Below, one piece after another: positions 10,370 to 19,037 of a DNA stretch of 64,000 bases. How positions within the stretch are numbered: the first letter of the stretch is position 1; each line of letters begins with the position of its first letter. The DNA comes from Calditrichales bacterium (GTDB lineage Bacteria > Calditrichota > Calditrichia > Calditrichales > J004), in the NCBI GenBank assembly GCA_965267575.1, contig OZ254086.1:1664141-1728140 (forward strand), written 5' to 3'. The notes beneath the pieces were generated by a model. The model did not search any database and was not told where the DNA came from. It was given only the letters and a program-made list of their open reading frames with translations. The translations under genes were made by a program, and so were the position numbers.

Positions 10370-11081
10370 ACTGAGCATTTTCATCGTGGATGATGACGTT
10401 GATTTTGCCGAAAGCCTGGCCGACGTCATCGAGATGAGAGGCTACCAGGTGCAGATTGCCAACGATGGTGAGGAAGCCGTGGAGCGTTTTCGGCAAAACT
10501 CCTTCGATCTTGTTTTTATGGACGTAAAGCTGCCCGGCATCGATGGCGTAGAGGCGTTTTCAAGGATCAGGGCACAGCAGTCCGACGCCAAGGTGATTAT
10601 GATGACGGGCTTTAAAGTGGAGCAGCGCATCAAGGAAGCGTTGCAGAACGGCGCCTGGACGGTTCTTTCCAAACCACTGGACATCGATTATGTTTTGCAG
10701 GTTATTGAGCGTCTTGATATGGGCGGGGTACTTATTGCCGAGGACGATGCTGATTTCCGCGCCACGATAGAAGAGATTCTGACCGAAAAGGGCTACAGTG
10801 TCATACTGGCACAAAATGGCGAAGAGGCGCTGGCCAGGGTAAGAAAAAATGCGCCCGATATCGTTATTCTTGATTTGAGATTGCCGCTGATACACGGTAT
10901 CGAAGTGTACCTTGAAATGCGCCGCGAGAACATCACCATTCCGACAATTATTATTACCGCCTACCTGGAAGAAGAGGCTACGGCCATAAAGATATTACGG
11001 GAAAATAAGGTGGACGGGATCCTGGTAAAACCTTTTGCGCCTGAGGACCTTTTAAGCCTGGTTGAAAAAGCTAAGATATAG
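10356..11081 (+). CDS. tandem-receiver response regulator (REC-REC, no output domain)
   Basis: 241 aa with two CheY-like halves (IFIVDDDVDFAESL...LVFMDVKLPGIDG...SKPL and VLIAEDDADF...IVILDLRLPLIHG...VKPF). The start overlaps the upstream kinase by 14 nt. Confidence 0.85.
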   Translation: MTRDKLSIFIVDDDVDFAESLADVIEMRGYQVQIANDGEEAVERFRQNSFDLVFMDVKLPGIDGVEAFSRIRAQQSDAKVIMMTGFKVEQRIKEALQNGAWTVLSKPLDIDYVLQVIERLDMGGVLIAEDDADFRATIEEILTEKGYSVILAQNGEEALARVRKNAPDIVILDLRLPLIHGIEVYLEMRRENITIPTIIITAYLEEEATAIKILRENKVDGILVKPFAPEDLLSLVEKAKI

Positions 11082-11703
11082 TTTTCCTGCGCCGTTCCAG
11101 GTAGTTGTGCCATAGCAGCCGGGCAGCGGCTGCCCGGTAAGGTTTCCAACTCGCAGCTTTCGCGCGCAGGTCGTCGTATGACGGTACGTTGTCCAGTTCA
11201 AACACTTCTTTCGCCGAAACCGCCAGCGCCCGGTCACCATCGGGCCAGATATCAGGTCGGCACATGGCCATCAGCAGGTAAATGGCGGAGGTCCACTTGC
11301 CGATACCTGTTATGCTCTGCAACGCCAGGGCCGCTTCATCATCACCAAGCCGGTTCAATTTTTCAAGCGGGTTACCGTTCAAAACCGTTTGCGATAGTAT
11401 CCTTCCATAGCGCGTTTTTTGGCGGCTAAAACCAATTTTTTTCAACTCGCCGTCGGTAAGTGTAAGAAAGCTTTGCGGTGTGATTGTACCGAGGGCAGAG
11501 AGCAAACTTTGGTAAGCTGCCTGCGCCGAGGCCAGTGACACCTGCTGTTCCAGAATGATGCGCAACAGGGTTTCAAAGCCCGGTGGCCGGTCCCACAAGG
11601 GCGGGTAGCCGTAGCGGGCGATCACACTTGCAAAAGCGGGCTCCGTTTGCGCCAGGATATCGCAGGCTTTTTGCAGGCTCTCTTCGGTCAGCGGTTCAGT
11701 CAT
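11071..11703 (-). CDS. HhH-GPD DNA glycosylase (AlkA-like 3-methyladenine glycosylase II family)
   Basis: 210 aa. Contains FETLLRIILEQQVSLASAQAAY, the HhH motif ITGIGKWTSAIYLL and the catalytic-Asp region WPDGDRAL. Confidence 0.8.
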   Translation of the reverse strand: MTEPLTEESLQKACDILAQTEPAFASVIARYGYPPLWDRPPGFETLLRIILEQQVSLASAQAAYQSLLSALGTITPQSFLTLTDGELKKIGFSRQKTRYGRILSQTVLNGNPLEKLNRLGDDEAALALQSITGIGKWTSAIYLLMAMCRPDIWPDGDRALAVSAKEVFELDNVPSYDDLRAKAASWKPYRAAAARLLWHNYLERRRKTIS

Positions 11704-12136
11704 TTTCCTGCCGCGACCGTTTTTTTAGGCGTTTCCAGTAGGTGTGGTAACGGGCCATGCGCTCCTTGTCCCTGTCGCCAAAGTCGTTCACCCGGCGCAT
11801 ATCCATATTGTCTTCCAGGTCGGCCAGCTTGAGACGCCTTGCTCCAGCGTCATGCTCCAGCCGGGCGATGTACTCGGCGTAGCTTTCATCTTCGCGCCGC
11901 GACAGCAAGTCCACCAGTTCCACGACGCGCTCAGGGAAGCCTTCTTCACGTAAGTCATCCAGCGTGGTCGGACTGTCTTCCACCACATCGTGTAGAAGCG
12001 CCGCGCATTGCTCGGTCTCATTTTCCACACGCTGCATCACACGGATGGGATGCAAAAGATAGGGCATGCCGTATTTGTCTTTTTGACCCTTGTGGACTCG
12101 ATAGGCAACGTCGAGGGCTTTTTCCAATAGATTCAT
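11696..12136 (-). CDS. small HD-domain protein of the RelA/SpoT-hydrolase type (small alarmone hydrolase-like)
   Basis: 146 aa. Contains AYRVHKGQKDKYGMPYLLHPIRV...AALLHDVVEDS...KLADLEDNM, i.e. the H..HD..ED..N motif order of (p)ppGpp hydrolase domains. Overlaps the downstream glycosylase start by 8 nt. Confidence 0.7.
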   Translation of the reverse strand: MNLLEKALDVAYRVHKGQKDKYGMPYLLHPIRVMQRVENETEQCAALLHDVVEDSPTTLDDLREEGFPERVVELVDLLSRREDESYAEYIARLEHDAGARRLKLADLEDNMDMRRVNDFGDRDKERMARYHTYWKRLKKRSRQEND

Positions 12137-12288
12137 AAGCGTGTTGATTTGTGTCAGTGTGTTATGGTGCTAATGTGTTAAGGTTCTTGATCGTGATCGT
12201 GATCGTACTCTTGATCCTGATCTACTTTGTTTTGTGTCAATGGATACCGGTGTGTCCTGACGGACAACCGGGATGACAGAGTTAGATT
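12137..12288 (-). promoter_or_regulatory. conserved upstream element, copy A (hairpin + phased GATC cluster + TTAACAC-like octamers abutting the ATG)
   Basis: Directly alignable with 50487-50620 and, in reverse complement, with 54547-54641. Five GATC sites at 12189, 12195, 12201, 12213 and 12219, all in one 6-nt register. Confidence 0.8.
12243..12279 (-). repeat. REP-like bulged hairpin repeat, copy 1
   Basis: Plus strand reads ATACCGGTGTGTCC-tgac-GGACAACCGGGATGACAG. Same family as 21743, 50581, 58010 and 59462. Confidence 0.8.
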
Positions 12289-12651
12289 TCACTTCTTATT
12301 CCAAAAGTTAAAATATAAGGATAAAGCGAATGCTGCCAAAAACAGGCTAAGTGTCAGCATGTCCACTGTCTGCGCCGCAAAATCAAAAGGAGTAACCTTT
12401 TCCAGCAGCCACTCGATGTAAGATGCCGGCATGTCGCGGAAACCCAGCTCCCGGCGTACCTGCCACTGCCAGTCGGTGATGGGGCAATAACCCCAGCCGT
12501 ACCAGGCGCCCAGCCCAAACCAGGAGGCAAATACAACCAATACCGATACCAGGTGCAGACGCCTTGTTTTTGGCCAAATCCAGCCCAGCAGGTTAAAAGC
12601 AATCAACGCCAGGTGCGCAAAATGTAAAAGAATATTAAAAAGGTGCAGCAT
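12289..12651 (-). CDS. small polytopic membrane protein (DUF2784-like)
   Basis: 120 aa with 3-4 hydrophobic helices. The motif GWGYCPITDWQW resembles what I recall for DUF2784. Confidence 0.55.
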   Translation of the reverse strand: MLHLFNILLHFAHLALIAFNLLGWIWPKTRRLHLVSVLVVFASWFGLGAWYGWGYCPITDWQWQVRRELGFRDMPASYIEWLLEKVTPFDFAAQTVDMLTLSLFLAAFALSLYFNFWNKK

Positions 12652-12695
12652 AATCCCGCCTTGCCGGGCAGCAGTTTAAAGGCTATTTTTGCGCC

Positions 12696-13373
12696 ATGCA
12701 AATAATCAAACTCCAGGTAACACAAACCTTTCAGCAGCCTTTTGAGCTTCTGCTGCCCGACACAGGTAGCAAAATCCGCGCGGTGGTCATTGCGCTGCAT
12801 GGTTACGGTCAACAGCCTGATGATATAAAATCGATTTTGCTGAATGGACTGGAAGATGACATCGCGCTGGCGCTGCTCCAGGGGCCATTTCCACATCACC
12901 GCCGCCGTCCCGAGGCCGGTAAAAAGACCGATTTCGGCTTTGGCTGGATCACCTCTTACGAACCGCAGGAAGCGGTAGCGCTGCATCATAATGCGATCCT
13001 GCGCATCCTTGATGAACTGGCGCGCCGTACTATAAATGCCCCGCGACTGCTGTTTGGCTTCTCGCAATCGGTCGCGCTCAATTTCCGTTTTTTGTTTACA
13101 CACCCGCAAAAATGTGACGGCGTGATTGCAATGTGTGGAGGTATTCCCGGCGACTGGAACAGCAACCCCGTTTACACAAAAGCTGAGAAGCGCGTTCTTT
13201 ACATCGGTGTCGAAGATGATGAGATATATCCGCCCGAGGTTATCCGGCGCAACAGTGACAAATTAAAAGAACACGGCGCTCGTGTGGAAACCGCCTTTTT
13301 TCCCGGCAAACACCGTATCCCTCAAGATGCTTTTAAACGGCTTAACCGATTCATCCGGCAGTTAGCTCCCTGA
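12696..13373 (+). CDS. alpha/beta-hydrolase (phospholipase/carboxylesterase-type esterase)
   Basis: 225 aa. VVIALHGYGQQPDD oxyanion-type region, nucleophile elbow GFSQS, and a late conserved His (GKHRIPQD). Confidence 0.6.
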   Translation: MQIIKLQVTQTFQQPFELLLPDTGSKIRAVVIALHGYGQQPDDIKSILLNGLEDDIALALLQGPFPHHRRRPEAGKKTDFGFGWITSYEPQEAVALHHNAILRILDELARRTINAPRLLFGFSQSVALNFRFLFTHPQKCDGVIAMCGGIPGDWNSNPVYTKAEKRVLYIGVEDDEIYPPEVIRRNSDKLKEHGARVETAFFPGKHRIPQDAFKRLNRFIRQLAP

Positions 13374-13471
13374 TATATACAGATCAGTAAATAAGTGTAA
13401 CCACAGCTGGCTCGAACCGTATCATTTGGCTGTCCTTTCTTTTTTATCCACTTACCAATTTGGGAGGTTTT

Positions 13472-14551
13472 ATGATTAGCCACCGTCTTATTTTGTCCGC
13501 TGTCGTTTTTACTTTATGTGCAGCCGGCGCTCTATTTGCCCAGCAGGGTCTGCCGTTTCAGCGCGTCAGTCCGCAGGCAGAGGTGCGGCAAAACATCGGC
13601 AACTTTGTAACGGTCACCATCAACTACAGCAGTCCCGCCGTAAATGGCCGCGAGGTGTACGGGCAGCTGGTGCCATACGGACTGGCGTCAAACAACTTTG
13701 GCAACGGCAAACCGATGCCCTGGCGCGCCGGGGCCAACGAGAATACGGTCATCACCTTCAGCCACGATGTGATGATTGAAGGCGAGAACCTGCCCGCCGG
13801 CACCTACGGCCTGCACATGATCCCGGGTGAAAAGGAGTGGGTGGTTATCTTTAACAAAAACCACGATGCCTGGGGAAGCTTTTTTTACGAAGAAGACCAG
13901 GACGTGCTGCGCGTGAACGTAAAGCCGCAGAGCGCGCCACACATGGAAAATCTGGCTTATTATTTTGACGAACTCTCCTTTTCCGGCGCCACCGCTTTCC
14001 TGCATTGGGAGAAAAAACGCGTGCCCTTTAAGATTTCCATAGACGATAAAAAGATCACCGTGGAGGAGTACCGCAAGCTGCTTACTAATTTACAAGGTTT
14101 TAACCCGGCGGCTTATGCGGCAGCCGCGCAATACTGCCTGCAAAACAGCTACAACCTGGAAGAGGCCATGGCCTGGGCCGACCGCGCTCTCAACATGCCC
14201 AACGGCGCCACGTTTGGCAATAAATCGGTTAAGGCCGGATTGCTGACCGCCACGGGCCAAAAAGAAAAAGCAGATCAAATGATGGAGAGTGCCATCGCCG
14301 GGGCCAGCGAAGCCGAGCTGAACACCTACGGCTACCAGCTGATGAACACGAACCGTCTGGATGAAGCCATCCGCATTTTTAAACTCAACGTGGAGCGGCA
14401 CCCCGATTCCTGGAATGTCTACGACAGCCTGGGTGAAGCGCTCAACAATAAAGGCGATCGTGACGGGGCGCTGGCCAATTACAAAAAAGCCCTGGAGATG
14501 GCGCCGGCCGGACAGCACAGCCGCATCAATACCATTCTGCAGGGAATTTAG
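13472..14551 (+). CDS. secreted DUF2911-like domain protein with C-terminal TPR repeats
   Basis: The ORF track starts at TTG 13460. I prefer ATG 13472, which follows a GGGAGG Shine-Dalgarno. Signal peptide present. VTINYSSPAVNGREVYG...WRAGANENTVITFSHDV...LPAGTYGL resembles DUF2911. The C-terminus has TPR-like AxxxYxxAL repeats. Confidence 0.65.
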   Translation: MISHRLILSAVVFTLCAAGALFAQQGLPFQRVSPQAEVRQNIGNFVTVTINYSSPAVNGREVYGQLVPYGLASNNFGNGKPMPWRAGANENTVITFSHDVMIEGENLPAGTYGLHMIPGEKEWVVIFNKNHDAWGSFFYEEDQDVLRVNVKPQSAPHMENLAYYFDELSFSGATAFLHWEKKRVPFKISIDDKKITVEEYRKLLTNLQGFNPAAYAAAAQYCLQNSYNLEEAMAWADRALNMPNGATFGNKSVKAGLLTATGQKEKADQMMESAIAGASEAELNTYGYQLMNTNRLDEAIRIFKLNVERHPDSWNVYDSLGEALNNKGDRDGALANYKKALEMAPAGQHSRINTILQGI

Positions 14552-14615
14552 TGCACCCCTAAGGCGTCTTATTCTTTTTTTAAATGACCGTCTTCCGGGC
14601 CGGTCAGCGCAATTC

Positions 14616-14650
14616 GGGCCGGGTTTTTTGTCCCGGCTCTTTTGTTTCTT
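14616..14650 (+). terminator. putative rho-independent terminator
   Basis: GCCGGG (14618-14623) pairs with CCCGGC (14632-14637), followed by the T-rich tract TCTTTTGTTTCTT. Confidence 0.5.
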
Positions 14651-14712
14651 AACGTCTTCTTGCTATTTTTCGGGCTTATTAATCGCCACTACCAAACGCC
14701 TTTGGAGAGTTC

Positions 14713-17187
14713 ATGCATAAAATCTGTGCTTTTTTGTTTCTTGTTTCGATTGTATTCACCGCTGATTTTGCTTATTCGCAGCCGGTTACCTCCTACAGCC
14801 ATGATGCGATCCAACGGGACCTGCAGCGGCTCAAAGTGCTGGGCTCTGTTCTGTATGTGGCTGCCCACCCCGATGATGAGAACCAGGCTGTGCTGGCTTA
14901 CATGAACAAAGGGCGTCTGTTGCGCTCGGCCTATCTTTCGCTTACCCGCGGCGACGGCGGACAAAACCTGCTTGGCAGTGAGCAGGGCGCATTATTGGGC
15001 GTTATGCGCACGGGCGAACTTCTTGCCGCCCGTTCCGTGGATGGCGCCGGACAGTTTTTTTCGCGTGCCGTCGATTTTGGTTACTCCAAATCCACCGATG
15101 AAACACTACGCTTCTGGGGCCACGAGGCGATTCTTTCCGACGTGGTGCGTGTTATCCGCACCTTCCGGCCGGATGTCATTGTAACCCGTTTTTCCGAAGA
15201 GCAGGGCCGTCACGGGCACCACCTGGCTTCGGCTGTTTTAGCAAAAGAAGCATTTGACGCCGCCGGCGACCCTTACCGCTTCAATGAACATTTTGCCGAC
15301 GGGCTGAGGCCCTGGAGCCCAAAGCGACTTGTCTGGAACAGCTGGCAGCCGGACCAGGCCACGGCAAGTGTCACCTCGCTGGATTTGGGCGCATACGATC
15401 AGCTGCTTGGCCGTTCCTACATGGAGCTGGCTGCTTTTGCCCGCACTATGCACAAAAGTCAGGGCTTTGGCGCCACGCCATTTAGGGGTAGCTACGAAAA
15501 CTTTTTTGAACATACCACTGGTACAGCCGCCGAGAAAGATCTGCTGGAAGGCATCGACCTGACCTGGCAACGCGCCGCTTTGCCCCAAATGGAGGCTATG
15601 GCCGATAAAGCAATCGCCGCATTTGAAAAAGACGGACCACGGGCAGCGATAGCGCCGTTGCTGGAGATGTATGAAGCGCTGCAGGAACACGAGGACAACT
15701 GGTGGGCCCAGGTGAAATCGATAGAGATTCGCGATCTGCTGCTGCGTTGCAGCGGCTTGTGGCTGGAAGCACTCAGCAGCGACAAGGAGTCCGTCGCCGG
15801 TGCGGAGGTTAAGTTGGAACTACGGGCCGTCAACCGTTCGGATGCAGATGTTGAGCTGCAGAACGCCTCAGTCAACGGCGTGGCCAAATGGGATTCGTCC
15901 TTTTCGGCAAAGCTGCAAGATAACCAACCCTGGGAAACCAAAACGAGCGTGACGGTTGCTGAAGATGCCGCTTACAGCCAACCCTTTTGGCTGAAGAATC
16001 CGGCAGCCGGCGCACTCTACGATGTGCCCGAAGGACAAATGGCCATTATGCCCCAGGCTCCGCCCGCTTTACAGGCTGTTTTTTCTGTGCGCTTTGGTGA
16101 TGTTGAAATTAATTACACGCAGGATGTTTTGTATCACCGCAACGACGCCACGCGAGGCGCGGTTTATGCGCCTTTTGCTGTCGTGCCCGAAATTGATTTG
16201 GCCGTGGCTGACCCCGTTTACCTGTTTGCCTCAGAAAACGAAAAGGAAATCCACGTGCGGGTGCATTCCGCTCTACAAGAGTCGGCGGCAACAATAAAGC
16301 TGCAAACGCCGCAAGGCTGGCAGGTAACACCGGCGCAAATGGAGCTGCAGTTTAACGGCGCGGGCGAGCATACCGTGATCTTTACACTCAAACCCGGTCC
16401 GCAGGCCCAAAACGGCAGGTTGCTGGCCATCGCCGAAAGCAACGGTAAGCGCTTTGACCAGAGCCTGACCCGCATCGACTACGAACACATCAGCGAGCGG
16501 GTGGTGCTGCAACCGGCGGAGGCGCGGCTGGTAAAGATAAACGCCACCATTCCTCCTAAAAAGATCGGTTACATCATGGGCTCCGGAGATGAGATTCCCG
16601 CGGTGTTGCAGCAAATCGGCATGGAGGTGACGCTGCTGCAAAACGGAGATATCAACGCCGAAAATCTGGCCGCTTACGACGCGGTGATCTGCGGGGTGCG
16701 CGCTTTTAACGTCAATGAGGGTCTGGCCGAAAAGCAGGACGAATTGCTCAGCTATGTGCGCGACAGCGGCACCTGGATCGTGCAGCACAACACCCGTTTT
16801 GGCCGCAGCGTGCCGCAGATTGGTCCTTACCCCTTTGAAGCTACCGGCCGCTACCGCGTCTCCGATGAAACGGCCGCCATCGAAATGCTTGACCCGCAAC
16901 ACCCGCTGCTGAACTACCCCAATAAAATTTCACAAGCCGATTTTGAAGGCTGGGTGCAGGAACGCGGCCTCTATTTTGCCACCGAGTGGGACAGCAGTTA
17001 CAGCACGCTGCTGGCGTCTGCCGACCCCGGTGAACCGCCGCGGCTTGGCGGACTTCTGTACGCGCCTGTGGGTAAGGGTGTTTTCATTTTTACCGCCTAC
17101 TCCTGGTTCCGGCAGTTGCCGGCCGGTGTGCCCGGCGCTATCCGCCTGTTTACCAACCTGGTTGCCGCGGGAGACGCTCATGAGTGA
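14713..17187 (+). CDS. large PIG-L/LmbE-family deacetylase
   Basis: 824 aa with a signal peptide. LYVAAHPDDENQAVLAYM is the PIG-L zinc-site motif, and HGHH follows later. Confidence 0.8.
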   Translation: MHKICAFLFLVSIVFTADFAYSQPVTSYSHDAIQRDLQRLKVLGSVLYVAAHPDDENQAVLAYMNKGRLLRSAYLSLTRGDGGQNLLGSEQGALLGVMRTGELLAARSVDGAGQFFSRAVDFGYSKSTDETLRFWGHEAILSDVVRVIRTFRPDVIVTRFSEEQGRHGHHLASAVLAKEAFDAAGDPYRFNEHFADGLRPWSPKRLVWNSWQPDQATASVTSLDLGAYDQLLGRSYMELAAFARTMHKSQGFGATPFRGSYENFFEHTTGTAAEKDLLEGIDLTWQRAALPQMEAMADKAIAAFEKDGPRAAIAPLLEMYEALQEHEDNWWAQVKSIEIRDLLLRCSGLWLEALSSDKESVAGAEVKLELRAVNRSDADVELQNASVNGVAKWDSSFSAKLQDNQPWETKTSVTVAEDAAYSQPFWLKNPAAGALYDVPEGQMAIMPQAPPALQAVFSVRFGDVEINYTQDVLYHRNDATRGAVYAPFAVVPEIDLAVADPVYLFASENEKEIHVRVHSALQESAATIKLQTPQGWQVTPAQMELQFNGAGEHTVIFTLKPGPQAQNGRLLAIAESNGKRFDQSLTRIDYEHISERVVLQPAEARLVKINATIPPKKIGYIMGSGDEIPAVLQQIGMEVTLLQNGDINAENLAAYDAVICGVRAFNVNEGLAEKQDELLSYVRDSGTWIVQHNTRFGRSVPQIGPYPFEATGRYRVSDETAAIEMLDPQHPLLNYPNKISQADFEGWVQERGLYFATEWDSSYSTLLASADPGEPPRLGGLLYAPVGKGVFIFTAYSWFRQLPAGVPGAIRLFTNLVAAGDAHE

Positions 17188-17302
17188 CAAACCCGAAAAG
17201 AAAATTCCGCTCGGTTCATGGAAGCGCATGTACGCCCTCGTGCTGGGCAACCTGGTTTTCCTGATCTTCCTGTTCTACCTCTTCCGGAGCCTGTTTGAAT
17301 GA
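17180..17302 (+). CDS. 40-aa single-pass membrane micro-protein (putative symporter accessory subunit)
   Basis: MSDKPEKKIPLGSWKRMYALVLGNLVFLIFLFYLFRSLFE. Its ATG overlaps the PIG-L stop region and its stop overlaps the symporter ATG (ATGA). Below the ORF-track length cut as an ATG ORF. Confidence 0.45.
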   Translation: MSDKPEKKIPLGSWKRMYALVLGNLVFLIFLFYLFRSLFE

Positions 17303-18996
17303 CGACACTTGACTGGCTGGTAATGGGCGGCTTCCTGGCGTTTATCGTGGCATTTGGCACGTGGCGCAGCCGCCGCAGCGAAAACCTGCAGGACTTTATG
17401 CTGGCCGGGCGCAAAACCGCCTGGTTCACGGTCACCCTTTCGATCATGGCCACACAGGCCAGCGCTATCACTTTTCTTTCTACCCCGGGCCAGGCTTTTG
17501 TGGACGGCATGCGCTTTGTGCAATTCTACATCGGGCTGCCCGTGGCGATGGTTATTCTAAGCATCACCGCCGTGCCCATTTTTCACAAGCTGAGCGTCAT
17601 CACCGCTTACGAGTACCTGGAAAGCCGCTTTGATCTCAAGAACCGTGCTTTGGCCGCTTTACTTTTTTTGACACAACGCGGACTGGCGGCCGGCTTCACC
17701 ATCCTCGCCCCGTCGCTTATTCTCTCCGTGATCCTGGGCTGGGATATTGATTACACCATCATCGCTATCGGTATCCTGGTGATTATTTACACAGCCAGCG
17801 GCGGCAGCGACGCGGTGAACAAAACCCACCTGCTGCAGATGACGGTCATTTTTTTCGGGATGATGGCGGCCTTTCTTACGATTTACCTGAAGCTGCCCGC
17901 GGATATTTCGCCGCTGGATGCCGCGCACGTGGCGGGTAAACTGGGTCGTCTCAACGCCATCGATTTTTCATTTAATTTAAGCGATCGCTACACCTTCTGG
18001 TCGGGGCTTATTGGCGGCACCTTCCTGGCCCTCAGCTACTTCGGCACGGACCAGTCGCAGGTGCAGCGCTATCTTTCCGGCTCTTCTGTACGCGAAAGCC
18101 GCATGGGCCTGCTGATGAACGGCATGGTCAAGATCCCGATGCAGTTTATCATCCTGTTCATCGGGGCGATGGTGTTTGTGTTTTACCAGTTCAGTGCGCC
18201 GCCGCTTTACTTCAACCCGGTGGAAGAAGAGCAGGTTTACCAGTCCGATTACGCCGGGCAATACAGCAATCTGCGCGATGAATATGACGCCCTGCACGAA
18301 ACCCGCCAGGACGAATTGCGGGCCATGTTGAACGCGAAGGAACAGGGCAATGAAGCCGGGATGCGCACACACCAGCAAAAGGCGCTGGCACTGCAGGATC
18401 AGGCGCAGGGTCTAAAAAACGAAGCGGTGGAAATCATCAAAAAAGCCAACCCCGATTCCGACGGCAATGACACCAACTACATTTTCCTCACTTTTGTGAT
18501 CGGTTTTTTACCCGTCGGACTGATCGGTCTTGTACTGGCGGCGATTCTCTCAGCCTCCATGTCATCCACCTCCGCGGAGCTGAACGCGCTGGCCTCTACC
18601 ACCGTGGTGGATATCTACAAACGGATGATCCGCAAGGACGCGCCGGATAAGCATTATGTTATCATTTCCAAAACGGCCACTATTTTCTGGGGCTTTTACG
18701 GCATCGGTTTTGCCCTGTTTGCCAACAGCCTGGGCACGCTGATCGAGGCGGTTAATATTCTTGGCTCGCTGTTTTACGGAACAATACTGGGTATCTTTCT
18801 CGTTGCCTTCTATGTGAAACGCGTGGGTGGCATGGCCACATTCTGGGCGGCGGTTATCGCGGAAACAGCGGTGTTGCTGCTGTTCTTTTTCAGCGACCTG
18901 CCATACCTGTGGTTTAATTTTGTGGGCTGTTTATTAGTAGTAGTTATGGCGTTGCTGCTTCAACCTTTTGTTTCCCGGAATTCTTCAAGCCACTAA
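17299..18996 (+). CDS. sodium:solute symporter family (SSS) transporter
   Basis: 565 aa with about 13 TM segments. The N-terminal pattern FMLAGRKTAWFTVTLSIMATQASAITFLSTPG is typical of the SSF family. Confidence 0.85.
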   Translation: MTTLDWLVMGGFLAFIVAFGTWRSRRSENLQDFMLAGRKTAWFTVTLSIMATQASAITFLSTPGQAFVDGMRFVQFYIGLPVAMVILSITAVPIFHKLSVITAYEYLESRFDLKNRALAALLFLTQRGLAAGFTILAPSLILSVILGWDIDYTIIAIGILVIIYTASGGSDAVNKTHLLQMTVIFFGMMAAFLTIYLKLPADISPLDAAHVAGKLGRLNAIDFSFNLSDRYTFWSGLIGGTFLALSYFGTDQSQVQRYLSGSSVRESRMGLLMNGMVKIPMQFIILFIGAMVFVFYQFSAPPLYFNPVEEEQVYQSDYAGQYSNLRDEYDALHETRQDELRAMLNAKEQGNEAGMRTHQQKALALQDQAQGLKNEAVEIIKKANPDSDGNDTNYIFLTFVIGFLPVGLIGLVLAAILSASMSSTSAELNALASTTVVDIYKRMIRKDAPDKHYVIISKTATIFWGFYGIGFALFANSLGTLIEAVNILGSLFYGTILGIFLVAFYVKRVGGMATFWAAVIAETAVLLLFFFSDLPYLWFNFVGCLLVVVMALLLQPFVSRNSSSH

Positions 18997-19037
18997 GAAG
19001 CACTCGTTTCGGCAACTGTAACAGGCAAAAATTATTC

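Noticed and set aside
12189-12222. CRISPR-like or other arrayed repeat interpretation of the GATCGT/GATCAC hexamer runs.
   Set aside because: The units are only 6 nt long, are contiguous without spacers, and occur 3-5 times. No cas genes are present. I saw nothing resembling a CRISPR array anywhere in the window.
12137-12291. Possible TGA read-through extension of the DUF2784 protein into the YDHDHDQ frame.
   Set aside because: Being in frame has a 1-in-3 chance of occurring by accident. The equivalent frame in copy C is not continuous with its upstream gene, and copy B has no upstream gene at all. I recognised no known read-through context.
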